From assembly GCA_934167445.1 (NCBI GenBank), contig CAKPKJ010000002.1, forward strand, positions 136,023 through 200,022: DNA of 64,000 nucleotides, read 5' to 3'. Made by a program: the position numbers and the translations under genes. The first letter of the stretch is position 1; every line of letters begins with the position of its first letter. The notes below the pieces were generated by a model that had not been told where the DNA came from, made no database searches, and saw only the letters and a program-made list of their open reading frames with translations. The stretch comes from an uncultured Clostridia bacterium (GTDB taxonomy: Bacteria; Bacillota; Clostridia; TANB77; CAG-508). Below, piece by piece: positions 54,048 through 64,000 of this stretch.

Positions 54048-55070
54048 ATGCAATCAATTGAAAATCTAGAAAAAGAACTAAAAATAAATGAATTACAAAG
54101 CATATATTTTTTATATGGAGAAGAACTATTTTTAATTGAAAATGTAGTAAAGAAAATCAGGAAAAAATTTGGAGAAATTGTTAAAGGAATAAACTTTATT
54201 TTAATTGATGATACTAATATCCAAGAACTAATATCAGATATAGAAACACCAGCATTTGGATATGAAAAAAAGCTTATAATTGCAAGAAATACCAATATTT
54301 TAAAAAGAGAAGGAAAAAGAAAAAATGCTGAAATAACAAAACAAAGAGAAAAACTAGATGAATATATAAAAGAAAACATTAATATTATAAAACAATCTGT
54401 TGTATTAGTTTTTATAGAAGAAGATGTAGACAGCAGATTTGCATTATATAAAACATTTGAAAAATATGGCGTTGTATGTAAAGTGGATTTTCAAAAGCCT
54501 GCACAATTAGAAAAGCGAATAATGGCAATATGCCAAGGATATAAAGTAAAAATAGATGCATCTACAACTAGGTATTTTCTAGAAACAACAGGAACAAATA
54601 TGCAAGAACTTATAAATGAAATAAGAAAACTTATTGAATATGTAGGAGAAAATGGAACAATAAAAAAAGAAGACATCGATTTATTAACAATAAAAAAACT
54701 AGAAAATGTAATATTTGATTTAACAGACAGCTTAGGAAAAAAAGAAACTAAAAAAGCATTAGATGTTCTAAAAAGCTTAATTTATAATAAAGAACCAATA
54801 CAAAAAATATTAATAAATTTATATAATCACTTTAAAAAGCTATATTTTACCAAAATAGCATTACAAGAACACAAAGATTTAGTAACAAGCCTAAATCTAA
54901 AGCCAAATCAAACATTTCTAACCGGAAAATATAAAGTACAAGCAGGATATTTTAAAGCTAGTGAATTAAAAGAAATTTTACAAGAATTGAGAGATTTAGA
55001 TTATAACTACAAAAATGGTCTGATAGATTTACAAGTTGGGTTAGAATCAATCTTATGTAGATATTGTTGA
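54048..55070 (+). CDS. holA: DNA polymerase III subunit delta
   Basis: 340-aa, YFLYGEELFLIEN N-terminus typical of HolA. Confidence 0.8.
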   Translation: MQSIENLEKELKINELQSIYFLYGEELFLIENVVKKIRKKFGEIVKGINFILIDDTNIQELISDIETPAFGYEKKLIIARNTNILKREGKRKNAEITKQREKLDEYIKENINIIKQSVVLVFIEEDVDSRFALYKTFEKYGVVCKVDFQKPAQLEKRIMAICQGYKVKIDASTTRYFLETTGTNMQELINEIRKLIEYVGENGTIKKEDIDLLTIKKLENVIFDLTDSLGKKETKKALDVLKSLIYNKEPIQKILINLYNHFKKLYFTKIALQEHKDLVTSLNLKPNQTFLTGKYKVQAGYFKASELKEILQELRDLDYNYKNGLIDLQVGLESILCRYC

Positions 55071-55130
55071 ATAATATAACCGCATTTTGCTAAAAATATT
55101 ATAAAGAATTTTGGCAAAGGTGGAATAAAA

Positions 55131-55808
55131 ATGAAAAATAAAAAATTGACTATTATACTTGTTATAATGACTATAGCATTTATAATTTTCGGGATATTTC
55201 TATGTGTAAATAATACATCATATGCATTATCTAAATATGGCTCAAGAGGAGAAGAAGTAAAACAAATACAAACGAAATTAAAAAGATGGGGATATTATAA
55301 AGGCAATGTAGACGGAATTTATGGCTCAGAAACACAAACAGCAGTAAGATATTTTCAAAGAAAAAATGGACTAACAGTAGATGGAATTGCGGGAAAAGCA
55401 ACTTTAAATGCAATGGGAATATATACAAGTTCTTCTAGTAGTAATGCTACAAGTAATTCTAGTGATGTGAATTTATTAGCAAGATTAATATATGGAGAAG
55501 CTAGAGGAGAACCATATACTGGACAAGTAGCTGTAGGGGCAGTTGTAATGAATAGAGTAAAAAATAGCTCATTTCCAAATACAATTTCAGGAGTTATATA
55601 CCAGTCTGGGTCATTTGATGTCGTTTCAGACGGACAAATAAATTTAAGTCCAAATTCAAGTGCAAAAAAAGCTGCACAAGATGCAATAAATGGCTGGGAT
55701 CCATCCTATGGGGCAATATACTATTTTAATCCCAAAACAGCAACAAATAAATGGATATGGTCAAGACCAGTTACAATAGTAATAGGAAACCACAGATTTT
55801 GTAAATGA
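55131..55808 (+). CDS. sleB: spore cortex-lytic enzyme (PG-binding domain + SleB/CwlJ hydrolase domain)
   Basis: PG_binding_1 motif (GIYGSETQTAVRYFQRKNGLTVDGIAGKAT) and Hydrolase_2 (LLARLIYGEARGEPYTGQVAVGAVVMNRV). Confidence 0.85.
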   Translation: MKNKKLTIILVIMTIAFIIFGIFLCVNNTSYALSKYGSRGEEVKQIQTKLKRWGYYKGNVDGIYGSETQTAVRYFQRKNGLTVDGIAGKATLNAMGIYTSSSSSNATSNSSDVNLLARLIYGEARGEPYTGQVAVGAVVMNRVKNSSFPNTISGVIYQSGSFDVVSDGQINLSPNSSAKKAAQDAINGWDPSYGAIYYFNPKTATNKWIWSRPVTIVIGNHRFCK

Positions 55809-55893
55809 TTTTTTCCTCCGACCCCAAAATCATTTCTTGACAAAAAGTGCTTAAATTGGTAATATATATTTGAAAAAATATATGGAGGAAAAT

Positions 55894-56391
55894 ATGATAT
55901 TTTACCCAAACAAGTATATAAAAACAATAGAAGAAATAACAATAGAATTTTTACAAAAAAACAAAATAAAAGCACTAATATTAGATGTAGATAATACATT
56001 AGTAAATTATAAAAAAGAAATGCCTGAAAGAATTGAAAAATGGGCAAAAGAACTACAAGGACAAGGAACAAAATTATTTATAGTATCTAACAGTAATGAC
56101 AAGGAAAAACTAGAAAAAGTGTCAAAAAAACTGAGAGGTACTAGATATACATATTTTGCGATGAAGCCTCTAGGAAAGGGGCTAAAAAAAGCACAAAAAG
56201 AACTAAATGTAAAACCAGAAGAAATTGCAGTTGTCGGAGATCAAATCTTTACAGATGTAATAGGTGGAAACCTATGCAAAATGTATACAATATTAGTTGA
56301 TGCACTTGAAGAAAAAGATTTCTGGTATACCGCATGGAAAAGACCAATTGAAAATAAAGTAAAAGAAAAGATAAAAACTAAGGAGAAATAA
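55894..56391 (+). CDS. YqeG-family HAD phosphatase (subfamily IIIA)
   Basis: LDVDNTL motif; GGAGGAAAA RBS before ATG 55894; promoter TTGACA-17-TAATAT at about 55838-55866. Confidence 0.8.
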   Translation: MIFYPNKYIKTIEEITIEFLQKNKIKALILDVDNTLVNYKKEMPERIEKWAKELQGQGTKLFIVSNSNDKEKLEKVSKKLRGTRYTYFAMKPLGKGLKKAQKELNVKPEEIAVVGDQIFTDVIGGNLCKMYTILVDALEEKDFWYTAWKRPIENKVKEKIKTKEK

Positions 56392-56394
56392 AAG

Positions 56395-57147
56395 ATGTAT
56401 ATAAATGATGTACATATCATATATTATGTAGTAGCTGCAATAGCTGGGCTATTTATAGGTGAAGTTGTAGGTTGGGCCAACAAAAGATTGCCTGAATATA
56501 AACCAGTATTTTCAAAAGAATTTGTAACAGAAATGAAATTGAATTTTAAGCCTAGTTATATATTAATGTTTTTAACATCAGCAATTTATGTTACACTAGT
56601 ATATCGATTTGGAATAAAAGAAACTCTAATTGCAAATTTAGATTTAGTAAAATTTTTAATATTAACACCAATGCTATTATCTGCATTTGTGATTGATTAT
56701 AGATTACAAATAATACCCAATAGACTTAATTTAACAATATTTGAGGTTGGAATTATATTCGCATTTTTATATGGGTTATCAGATGTAGCAATAACAGCAA
56801 AAATGTTAATAGGAATGCTAATAGGCGGAGGAATATTCTTATTTATAACCTTAATTGGTGGAATGATATATGGCAAAGAAGCAATGGGGTTTGGCGATGT
56901 AAAACTAATGGGGGCACTAGGCTTATTTTTTGGCCAATATGGTATAATTGCTGTAACATTGGTGTCATTTTTGATAGGAGCAATTTTAAGTATTATATTA
57001 TTAGTAACTAAAATAAAAAAATCAGATGAATATATACCATTTGGACCATTTATAGTAATAGCCGCATTTATAAGTATGTATGTTCCATTTGAACAAATAA
57101 AACTAATATTATTAAAAATATTTACACTAGGATTATATATTAAGTAG
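56395..57147 (+). CDS. pilD: type IV prepilin peptidase (A24 family)
   Basis: polytopic membrane protein with catalytic Asp motifs incl. GFGDVKLMGALGLFFG. Confidence 0.85.
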   Translation: MYINDVHIIYYVVAAIAGLFIGEVVGWANKRLPEYKPVFSKEFVTEMKLNFKPSYILMFLTSAIYVTLVYRFGIKETLIANLDLVKFLILTPMLLSAFVIDYRLQIIPNRLNLTIFEVGIIFAFLYGLSDVAITAKMLIGMLIGGGIFLFITLIGGMIYGKEAMGFGDVKLMGALGLFFGQYGIIAVTLVSFLIGAILSIILLVTKIKKSDEYIPFGPFIVIAAFISMYVPFEQIKLILLKIFTLGLYIK

Positions 57148-57171
57148 AAGTAGTAGGGAGTTGAAGAAAAA

Positions 57172-58230
57172 ATGAATCCAAAAATACAATGGTTAAGAAA
57201 TACAATGTCAAGCTTGAACTTGCAGGGGCTTATTATTTCTAACCCGATAAATATAAAATATCTAACTAATATTGATGCAGAAGGCATATTATTGTTAACA
57301 AGAAAAGATAATATATTTATAACAGATGGAAGATACATTGAACACGTTCATAGCATTTTAACATTATATGATGAAATAATTGTGTATGATATAAATGGGT
57401 TATCAAAAGATGACTATGAAAACTTCTTCATTTTTTGTGAAAACGTTGGATTCGAAGAAAATTACGTAACATATGCAGGATACAAAGAATTAATTAGGAA
57501 ATATAAAATAAATAGTCTTGTAGAAACCGACAGTATAATTGAAAGACAAAGAATGATAAAAGATAGAGATGAAATATCTAAAATTCAAAAAGCTTGTGAA
57601 ATTACAGATGAATGTTTTAAATATTTGCAAACATATATAAAACCAGGAATGACAGAAAAACAAATTGCAGAAGAAATAGATAATTACTATAAACATCATG
57701 CAGATGGTACATCTTTTGAAACAATAGTAGCATCCGGTGAAAATTCATCTAAACCACATGCAGTACCTACTGACAGAAAAATAAAAGAAGAAGACATAAT
57801 AACAATAGATATGGGTTGTAAAATAGATGGTTATTGCTCTGATATGACAAGAACAATATTTGTAGGAAATGTTCCAGAACATATAAAACCAATATACGAT
57901 TTAGTATTGAAAAAACAACAACAAGTGTTAGAAGAAATGAAAGACGGAGAGAGTACAAGATTTTTAACAACAATGGTTGAAAATGACTTCAAATTAGAAG
58001 GCTATGACCTAGTCCATGCTTTAGGACATGGTGTCGGAATGGAAATACATGAAGCACCATATGTAAGCCATCGAGTTGATGTAGCTTTAAAAGAAAATAT
58101 GGTAGTTACAGATGAACCAGGAATTTATATTCCAGGAAAGTTTGGAATAAGAATTGAAGACACGGCATTAATAACAAAATTTGGATGTATAAGTTTAACC
58201 AAATCTGAGAAAAATTATATTGTAATATAG
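57172..58230 (+). CDS. pepP: Xaa-Pro aminopeptidase (M24B)
   Basis: pita-bread fold metal ligands (DMGCKIDGYCSDMTRT, HGVGMEIHE, EPGIY). Confidence 0.88.
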   Translation: MNPKIQWLRNTMSSLNLQGLIISNPINIKYLTNIDAEGILLLTRKDNIFITDGRYIEHVHSILTLYDEIIVYDINGLSKDDYENFFIFCENVGFEENYVTYAGYKELIRKYKINSLVETDSIIERQRMIKDRDEISKIQKACEITDECFKYLQTYIKPGMTEKQIAEEIDNYYKHHADGTSFETIVASGENSSKPHAVPTDRKIKEEDIITIDMGCKIDGYCSDMTRTIFVGNVPEHIKPIYDLVLKKQQQVLEEMKDGESTRFLTTMVENDFKLEGYDLVHALGHGVGMEIHEAPYVSHRVDVALKENMVVTDEPGIYIPGKFGIRIEDTALITKFGCISLTKSEKNYIVI

Positions 58231-58312
58231 GTTGCTTGATTTTTTAAAGAATTTGTAGTAAAATAAAAAAAGTTTATAGTTAGTAAAAAAGGAAATAGAG
58301 AGGAGAATTATT

Positions 58313-58879
58313 ATGGCAGCAGTATACTCAGCAGGAGATTTTAGAAATGGAACAACATTTGAAATGGAAGGAAACGTTTATAGAGTTGTAGAATTCCAAC
58401 ACGTAAAACCGGGAAAAGGTTCAGCATTTGTTAGAACAAAAATAAAAAATGTAATAACAGGAGCAACACTTGAAAAAACATTTAACCCATCAGATAAATA
58501 TCCAGGAGCAGAAATAGAAAAGAAAACAATGCAATACTTATACAATGATGGGGGATTATATTACTTTATGGATAATGAAACATATGATCAAATGCCATTA
58601 AATGAAGAACAATTAGGAGATTGCTTAAAATATTTAAAGGAAAATATGGAAGTTACAATGCTTTCTTATAAAGGAAAAACATTTGCAGTAGAACCACCAA
58701 CATTTGTTGAATTAGAAGTTACATATACAGAACCAGGATTCAGTGGAAACACAACAACAACATCTGGAAAACCAGCAAAATTAGAAACAGGATTAGAAAT
58801 ACAAGTTCCTTTATTTGTAAACATTGGTGATGTATTAAAAATAGACACAAGAACTTGCGAATATATGGAAAGAGTTTAA
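58313..58879 (+). CDS. efp: elongation factor P
   Basis: [21 protein letters not shown] with conserved Lys loop. Confidence 0.93.
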   Translation: MAAVYSAGDFRNGTTFEMEGNVYRVVEFQHVKPGKGSAFVRTKIKNVITGATLEKTFNPSDKYPGAEIEKKTMQYLYNDGGLYYFMDNETYDQMPLNEEQLGDCLKYLKENMEVTMLSYKGKTFAVEPPTFVELEVTYTEPGFSGNTTTTSGKPAKLETGLEIQVPLFVNIGDVLKIDTRTCEYMERV

Positions 58880-58896
58880 GAAAGGTGAGTTATGAT

Positions 58897-59373
58897 ATGG
58901 GGTTATTAAAAAACGAATACAAAAGTTTTTTAGATGATATAGAAAAAAATATCAAAAATAAGGAAGACTTAGATTATATAAAGCAAAGATTTGTAGGATT
59001 TATGGACGCTGTTTTAGAAGAAATGGACTATATAAGTGGCTATAAAGCAGAACAAATTGAAGCATTAGAAAAAAGTCAAAAAGAGGTACAATCAAAACTT
59101 GAAAAAATGCAAGCAGTGTTAGACAATATAGAAAAAGACATATATTCAGAAGAGGGTTTTGACTTTGAAATAACCTGCCCGTATTGTAATTATGAATTCT
59201 TTATAGATGTAGATGAAAACAAAACAGAAGTAGAATGCCCAGAATGTAAAAATACAATAGAATTAGATTGGAATGGTGATATAGATGACGATCCAAATAA
59301 TAATTCTGGGTGTAGCGGTAGTTGTGGTGGATGTCACGGATGTGGCGGAAATGATGACGACGACGATATGTAA
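58897..59373 (+). CDS. zinc-ribbon protein with Cys/Gly/Asp-rich C-terminal tail
   Basis: CPYC...CPEC four-Cys ribbon followed by SGCSGSCGGCHGCGGNDDDDDM; RBS AAAGGTGAG. Confidence 0.55.
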   Translation: MGLLKNEYKSFLDDIEKNIKNKEDLDYIKQRFVGFMDAVLEEMDYISGYKAEQIEALEKSQKEVQSKLEKMQAVLDNIEKDIYSEEGFDFEITCPYCNYEFFIDVDENKTEVECPECKNTIELDWNGDIDDDPNNNSGCSGSCGGCHGCGGNDDDDDM

Positions 59374-59452
59374 ATTTAAACCTAGCTTATATTAGCTAGG
59401 TTTATTTTATACCTAAAAATAATTTAGAGGATTTACATACTTATTATCGACT

Positions 59453-60001
59453 CTAATTCCAAGATGTAAATGACAACCGAGTAGTTGCACCATTAGTTTC
59501 TCTACCTGTAGAATCATGATACTGATTTCCAGGGACGCCAGAAACATATTTAGGGCCAACATTTCCAATAATTTGACCTTGTTTTATTTTATCTCCAACA
59601 TTAACAATAAAATTAGGGTCAGAGTGGCAATAGCTTACTTTAAAATTCCCAAAAGAAAGGGTTATAGTATAACCACCAGCACCTAAGAAATTTCTGAATG
59701 TAATTTCGCCATCAGCAACAGCAATAAAATTAGTACCTTGTGGTGCAGGAATATCTATACCAGAATGAGAAGAAGATGCACCAGAAGTAGGAGAAGTACG
59801 TTTTCCAAAAAAAGAACTTATTTGAGTATAACCAGGAAGAGGCCATACGAAGCCATTAGGATTAAAATCTAAAATCTCAGATGATGAGGGATTATTATTA
59901 AAATCGGAATTAACAGTTGGAATAAAAAATATTGAAATAAATATTGTAAGAAAAGTAACAATAAGAATAAGTGAACGAAATAATTTATCTATAAAAATCA
60001 C
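59453..60001 (-). CDS. M23-family peptidase with N-terminal signal anchor
   Basis: HSGIDI and downstream His motif, GTG start. Confidence 0.75.
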   Translation of the reverse strand: MIFIDKLFRSLILIVTFLTIFISIFFIPTVNSDFNNNPSSSEILDFNPNGFVWPLPGYTQISSFFGKRTSPTSGASSSHSGIDIPAPQGTNFIAVADGEITFRNFLGAGGYTITLSFGNFKVSYCHSDPNFIVNVGDKIKQGQIIGNVGPKYVSGVPGNQYHDSTGRETNGATTRLSFTSWN

Positions 60002-60067
60002 TCCCTAAATTTAATAAAATAAAAAACACTACATATACTAAATGTAAAATGTAGTGTCTATTTAATA

Positions 60068-60142
60068 TGGCAGGGGTAGAAGGATTCGAACCCTCACAGG
60101 CGGTTTTGGAGACCGATGTGCTACCATTGACACTATACCCCT
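60068..60142 (-). tRNA. tRNA-Trp (CCA)
   Basis: reverse complement AGGGGTATAGTGTCAATGGTAGCACATCGGTCTCCAAAACCGCCTGTGAGGGTTCGAATCCTTCTACCCCTGCCA; anticodon loop CTCCAAA. Confidence 0.88.
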
Positions 60143-60292
60143 ATATGTCTAACACAATTATTATCTTAGCATAAAACAAATAAATAAGCAAGATTTTTTT
60201 GAAAATTTGTAAAGAAAATTTTATTGACAAACTAATATAATTAGTTTAATATATAAATGCTGACTTTCTTAGAAGCAGAAAGGAGGTAACTC

Positions 60293-60361
60293 CGTGAAAA
60301 GTTTCATAAGATTGCTAACATTATATATAATTTACTTAATCGTAAGAGATTTAAATGATTA
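60293..60361 (+). CDS. 22-codon hydrophobic mini-ORF (MKSFIRLLTLYIIYLIVRDLND) with promoter, strong RBS and intrinsic terminator
   Basis: TTGACA-17-TAATAT promoter 60224-60252; AGGAGG 8 nt before GTG 60293; terminator CCAGGTA-loop-TACCTGG+T7 at 60373-60400; degenerate second copy at 60404. Confidence 0.4.
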
Positions 60362-60606
60362 GCAAAACAAAAACCAGGTACGAGCATACCTGGTTTTTTT
60401 ATAAACTCCGTGAAAAGTTTTTTGCAATTGCTATAATTATATTAGCATATATTTTATTATATGTCAATGTTTAAGAAATATACAACAAAAAACACGGATA
60501 TGTGCAAAGAGGAGTATATATCAAGTTTTACTATAATTTCGCCAAACTTATTGACTTTTTTTGAATATGAGATTACAATATAATCATTGTAAAAGGAGGA
60601 ATCTTT

Positions 60607-61989
60607 ATGGTAAAATCAATGGAAACAATCGTTAACTTATGTAAAAGCAGAGGATATATTTATCCAGGTTCAGAAATTTACGGAGGACTAGCAAATTCTT
60701 GGGATTATGGGCCTTTAGGTTCAGAATTAAAGAATAACATAAAAAAAGCCTGGCAAAAGAAATTTATACAAGAACAAAAAGATATAGTAGGGCTAGATGC
60801 TGCAATTATAATGAACCCAGAAACTTGGGTTGCATCAGGTCATGTTGGAGGATTTTCAGACCCATTAATTGACTGCAAAGAATGTAAAACAAGACATAGA
60901 GCAGATAAATTAATAGAAGAATGGGCACATGACCAAGGAAAAGATATGATAGCAGATGGAATGACAGATGAAGAATTAATAAACTTCATAAATGATAATA
61001 AAATTCCTTGTCCAAATTGTGGAAAAACAAATTTTACAGATATAAGAAAATTCAATTTAATGTTTAAAACATTCCAAGGAGTAACAGAGGATAAAACATC
61101 AGAATTATATTTAAGACCAGAAACAGCACAAGGGATATTTGTAGACTTTAAAAATGTATTAAGAACATCAAGAAAGAAAATGCCTATGGGAATAGCTCAA
61201 ATAGGTAAAGCTTTTAGAAATGAAATAACACCAGGAAACTTTATTTTTAGAACTAGAGAATTTGAACAAATGGAATTAGAATTTTTCTGTAAGCCAGGAA
61301 CAGATTTAGAATGGCATAAATTCTGGAAGCAATATTGTGAGAATTGGCTATTAGACTTAGGAATGAAACCAGAAAATATACGTTTAAGAGACCATTCAAA
61401 AGAGGAATTGGTATTCTATAGTGCTGCAACAACAGACATAGAATTTGCATTTCCATTTGGATGGGGAGAATTATGGGGAATTGCAGATAGAACAAATTAT
61501 GATTTAACACAACATATGAATCATTCAAAACAAGATTTAACATATCAAGACCCAGAAACACACGAAAAATATGTGCCATATGTAATTGAGCCTTCATTAG
61601 GAGCTGATAGAGTTTTATTAGCATTTTTGTGCAACGCATATGAGGAAGAAGAAATTGCAGAAGGAGATGTAAGAACAGTATTACACTTGCACCCAGCATT
61701 GGCACCATATAAAGCAGCAGTGTTACCTCTTTCTAAAAAATTATCTGATAAAGCAAATGAAGTATATAACAAATTAGCTAAAAACTTTATGTGTGATTAT
61801 GACGAAGCCGGAAGCATTGGAAAACGTTATAGAAGAGAAGATGAAATAGGAACACCATATTGTATAACAGTTGATTTTGATACATTAGAAGATGAATCAG
61901 TAACAATTAGAGACAGAGATACAATGGAACAAATAAGGGTAAAAATCGACGAATTAGAAAACTGGTTAAATGAAAAAATTGCATTTTAA
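60607..61989 (+). CDS. glyQS: glycine--tRNA ligase (dimeric alpha2 type)
   Basis: class II motifs, 460 aa, GlyRS Zn-binding-like insertion domain. Confidence 0.92.
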   Translation: MVKSMETIVNLCKSRGYIYPGSEIYGGLANSWDYGPLGSELKNNIKKAWQKKFIQEQKDIVGLDAAIIMNPETWVASGHVGGFSDPLIDCKECKTRHRADKLIEEWAHDQGKDMIADGMTDEELINFINDNKIPCPNCGKTNFTDIRKFNLMFKTFQGVTEDKTSELYLRPETAQGIFVDFKNVLRTSRKKMPMGIAQIGKAFRNEITPGNFIFRTREFEQMELEFFCKPGTDLEWHKFWKQYCENWLLDLGMKPENIRLRDHSKEELVFYSAATTDIEFAFPFGWGELWGIADRTNYDLTQHMNHSKQDLTYQDPETHEKYVPYVIEPSLGADRVLLAFLCNAYEEEEIAEGDVRTVLHLHPALAPYKAAVLPLSKKLSDKANEVYNKLAKNFMCDYDEAGSIGKRYRREDEIGTPYCITVDFDTLEDESVTIRDRDTMEQIRVKIDELENWLNEKIAF

Positions 61990-62223
61990 TAATGCAATTT
62001 TTTTTGTATAAGAAAATGGCACTTTCATAAAACGAAAAAACAACAAATCAAATTTATTTCAATACATAAAATACAAAAAACAGACTTTTTAACAAAAAAA
62101 TTAAATTTTCATATATTAAATTGGCACTTTCGTAAAAATCAACCCCAAAAGGTTGAAAAAAGTGGTATAGTATAAATGGTAAAAAATGGATAGCCAAAAT
62201 ACAAAAGAAAGGAAAGAAAATGT

Positions 62224-62517
62224 ATGAAAGTAAAAGCTAATTTAAAAGAATTGTTAGAGGAGGATCTTATTGGGAAAATTTATAATAACAATTTATATTT
62301 ATCAGAATATATGCCAGAAAATAAGGAATATATTAAATTGTCAAAGAGCAATGCACAATTATCAAAAATTATAATGCAAAACTCTGATGAAGATTTAAAA
62401 GATTTATTTTTACAATATGTAGAACAAAACAGTCAGAAAGAAGGAATTGATGCTGAAGAGCAATTTAAATTAGGATTTAAAACAGCGGTAAAATTAATTA
62501 TGGAAGGACTAAGATAA
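62224..62517 (+). CDS. hypothetical protein (97 aa)
   Basis: ORF with GGAAAG RBS-like sequence; no family recognised. Confidence 0.4.
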   Translation: MKVKANLKELLEEDLIGKIYNNNLYLSEYMPENKEYIKLSKSNAQLSKIIMQNSDEDLKDLFLQYVEQNSQKEGIDAEEQFKLGFKTAVKLIMEGLR

Positions 62518-62569
62518 TAAATTTAGAAAGCATAAAAAAGATAATAATGTAGCAAAAAGCAATCTCATT

Positions 62570-62926
62570 TTATTTGTGAGATTGCTTTTTTTCTTTTTTA
62601 TTCATAAAAGAGATAAGTTGTCTAATAACATTTTTATCCCTTTCGCTTAATTGATAAAAACCAGATAGAGAAGAATCAAGTTGAATATCTTTAGGGACAT
62701 TTAAAAAATCTTGTAAGACATATGTTGGTGTAATATTATAAATGTTGCATAATTTTACTAAAGTATCAATACTACCTTTTGTTTTGTCGCGTTCAATATC
62801 AGAAATATATCGAGGTGCAAGCCCTAATTTTTCTGCAACATATTCTTGGGTAAGACCAAGAGAGTTTCGAGTATTTTTTAATAATTTTCCAATTAAAATT
62901 TTTTGGTTTTCTATCTGTTTTTTCAT
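62570..62926 (-). CDS. XRE-family helix-turn-helix transcriptional regulator
   Basis: LGLTQEYVAEKLGLAPRYISDIER HTH_3 motif; palindromic operator-like ATGTATAAAAATT..AATTTTTTATACAT in divergent promoter region (62955-62985). Confidence 0.8.
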   Translation of the reverse strand: MKKQIENQKILIGKLLKNTRNSLGLTQEYVAEKLGLAPRYISDIERDKTKGSIDTLVKLCNIYNITPTYVLQDFLNVPKDIQLDSSLSGFYQLSERDKNVIRQLISFMNKKEKKQSHK

Positions 62927-63158
62927 TTAAACTCCTCCATATATATAATGTATAAAAATTAAATTTTTTATACATTCCATTGTTTTTGCATTAATACAAT
63001 ATCAAAAATGAAAAGAAAAAAACACGAATAAAAATCCACAAAAAAGTGGAAAAAATATTGAAAAAGAAAAATTATTATGATATACTTTGACAAGATAAAA
63101 CATTTTTTAAGATAAAAGTGGCTAAAATACATATTTAGCTAATAGAAGGGAGATTCAA

Positions 63159-64000
63159 ATGAAAAAAGAAAAGGGAATTACATTAGTAGCTTTAGTTGTT
63201 ACAATAATTGTGCTATTAATTCTATCAGGTGTTACAGTAGCAATGCTAGCAGGTCAAAATGGAATATTAACACAAGCACAAAACGCGAAAAAAGCTACAG
63301 AAGCAGCAGCACAAGAAGAAAATTCAGCATTAAGCAGTTTAGAGGACTATATGATAACAGATGGAAGTTATAACAAAGAAACCGGTGTAAATGAACCACG
63401 TTTACTTAGTGGAATGAAAGAAGTAATGTTTAAATTGCCTAGTGGAAGTGACAAAGGACAAGCTATAAAACAAGGCGAAACAGGTTTTGATGAAAGTAAA
63501 TGGTATGATTACAAAAAAAGTTACTGGGCAAATGCAGTAACAGAAGATGGAAGCTATTGGGTATGGATACCAAGATTTGCTTATAAGATAACATATAAAA
63601 ATGCAAGTAATAAATCACAAGGTGGAACAGTAGAAATAAAATTCTTATTAGGAACAACAGACGAATATTATACAGATGATACAAACACAACAAAAGCAAC
63701 AGCAAAAAGAGCAAGTTCTGCAAATGAAGAAGTAGACACAACTAAAGATTTTTATGTACATCCAGCATTTACAAATGAGAGTAGCATTGGTTATGCAAAT
63801 GGCGGTTGGGACAAAGAGCTAACAGGAATCTGGGTAGCAAAGTTTGAAGCAGGATATGCAAGTGGAAATAATACCGCAACAGTAAAAGCAAGTAGTGTAA
63901 ATTACACTCAAACGACAGCTTGGGTACCAGCAAAAGAAGCAGGAACAAAAGATGATAGTACACAAACCGCAAGAAACTGGTTAGATGGCATATATGGTAC
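63159..64000 (+). CDS. prepilin-type N-terminal domain protein (type IV pilin/pseudopilin-like), 3' end outside window
   Basis: MKKEKG|ITLVALVVTIIVLLILSGV class-III signal-like N-terminus (but Ala rather than Glu at +5); ORF continues to window end; pilD present at 56395. Confidence 0.6.
   Translation, partial: MKKEKGITLVALVVTIIVLLILSGVTVAMLAGQNGILTQAQNAKKATEAAAQEENSALSSLEDYMITDGSYNKETGVNEPRLLSGMKEVMFKLPSGSDKGQAIKQGETGFDESKWYDYKKSYWANAVTEDGSYWVWIPRFAYKITYKNASNKSQGGTVEIKFLLGTTDEYYTDDTNTTKATAKRASSANEEVDTTKDFYVHPAFTNESSIGYANGGWDKELTGIWVAKFEAGYASGNNTATVKASSVNYTQTTAWVPAKEAGTKDDSTQTARNWLDGIYG

Noticed and set aside
60460-60606. Expected glycine T-box upstream of glyQS
   Set aside because: No AGGGTGGNACCGCG-like T-box sequence or antiterminator was detectable in the 460-bp region. 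The leader-peptide-like unit was reported instead.
62010-62145. Repeated TGGCACTTTC(A/G)TAAAA motifs as sigma-54 promoters
   Set aside because: TGGCAC is present but the obligatory TTGC(A/T) -12 element at the correct spacing is absent. More likely these are regulator-binding direct repeats or chance.

Overview
This window looks like a chromosomal segment from a very AT-rich, spore-forming Firmicute of the Clostridia type. That reading rests on spoVT, spoIIM, dpaA, sleB, ylbJ, a sortase and T-box/rho-independent terminator architecture. The first 5 kb is the ribosomal alpha-operon end (map, infA, rpmJ, rpsM, rpsK, rpsD, rpoA, rplQ). After it come housekeeping genes, almost all on the + strand: recD2, comFC, alaS-like, ligA, folD, dprA, argGH, tmcAL, rnhA, xerD, ruvB, queH, a dapH/dapL/M20 cluster, polA, uppP, murB, holA, pilD, pepP, efp and glyQS. 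Three tRNAs are present (a CAU-anticodon tRNA, tRNA-Tyr and tRNA-Trp), plus rpmJ, which the ORF track missed. The accessory content worth a second look is listed below.

- A complete type III toxin-antitoxin / abortive-infection module of the ToxIN/AbiQ family. A promoter, about 3.3 tandem 33-35 nt ToxI-like repeats and a ToxN endoribonuclease gene are all present.
- An orphan KAP-family P-loop NTPase of 666 aa.
- A tRNA-adjacent islet carrying dinD, an uncharacterised HExxH protein and a radical-SAM/SPASM enzyme co-transcribed with a small two-TM protein.
- A T-box leader in front of argGH.
- A compact 583-aa AlaRS.
- Several unusual small ORFs and structured intergenic elements.

Many antisense shadow ORFs in the track were rejected.
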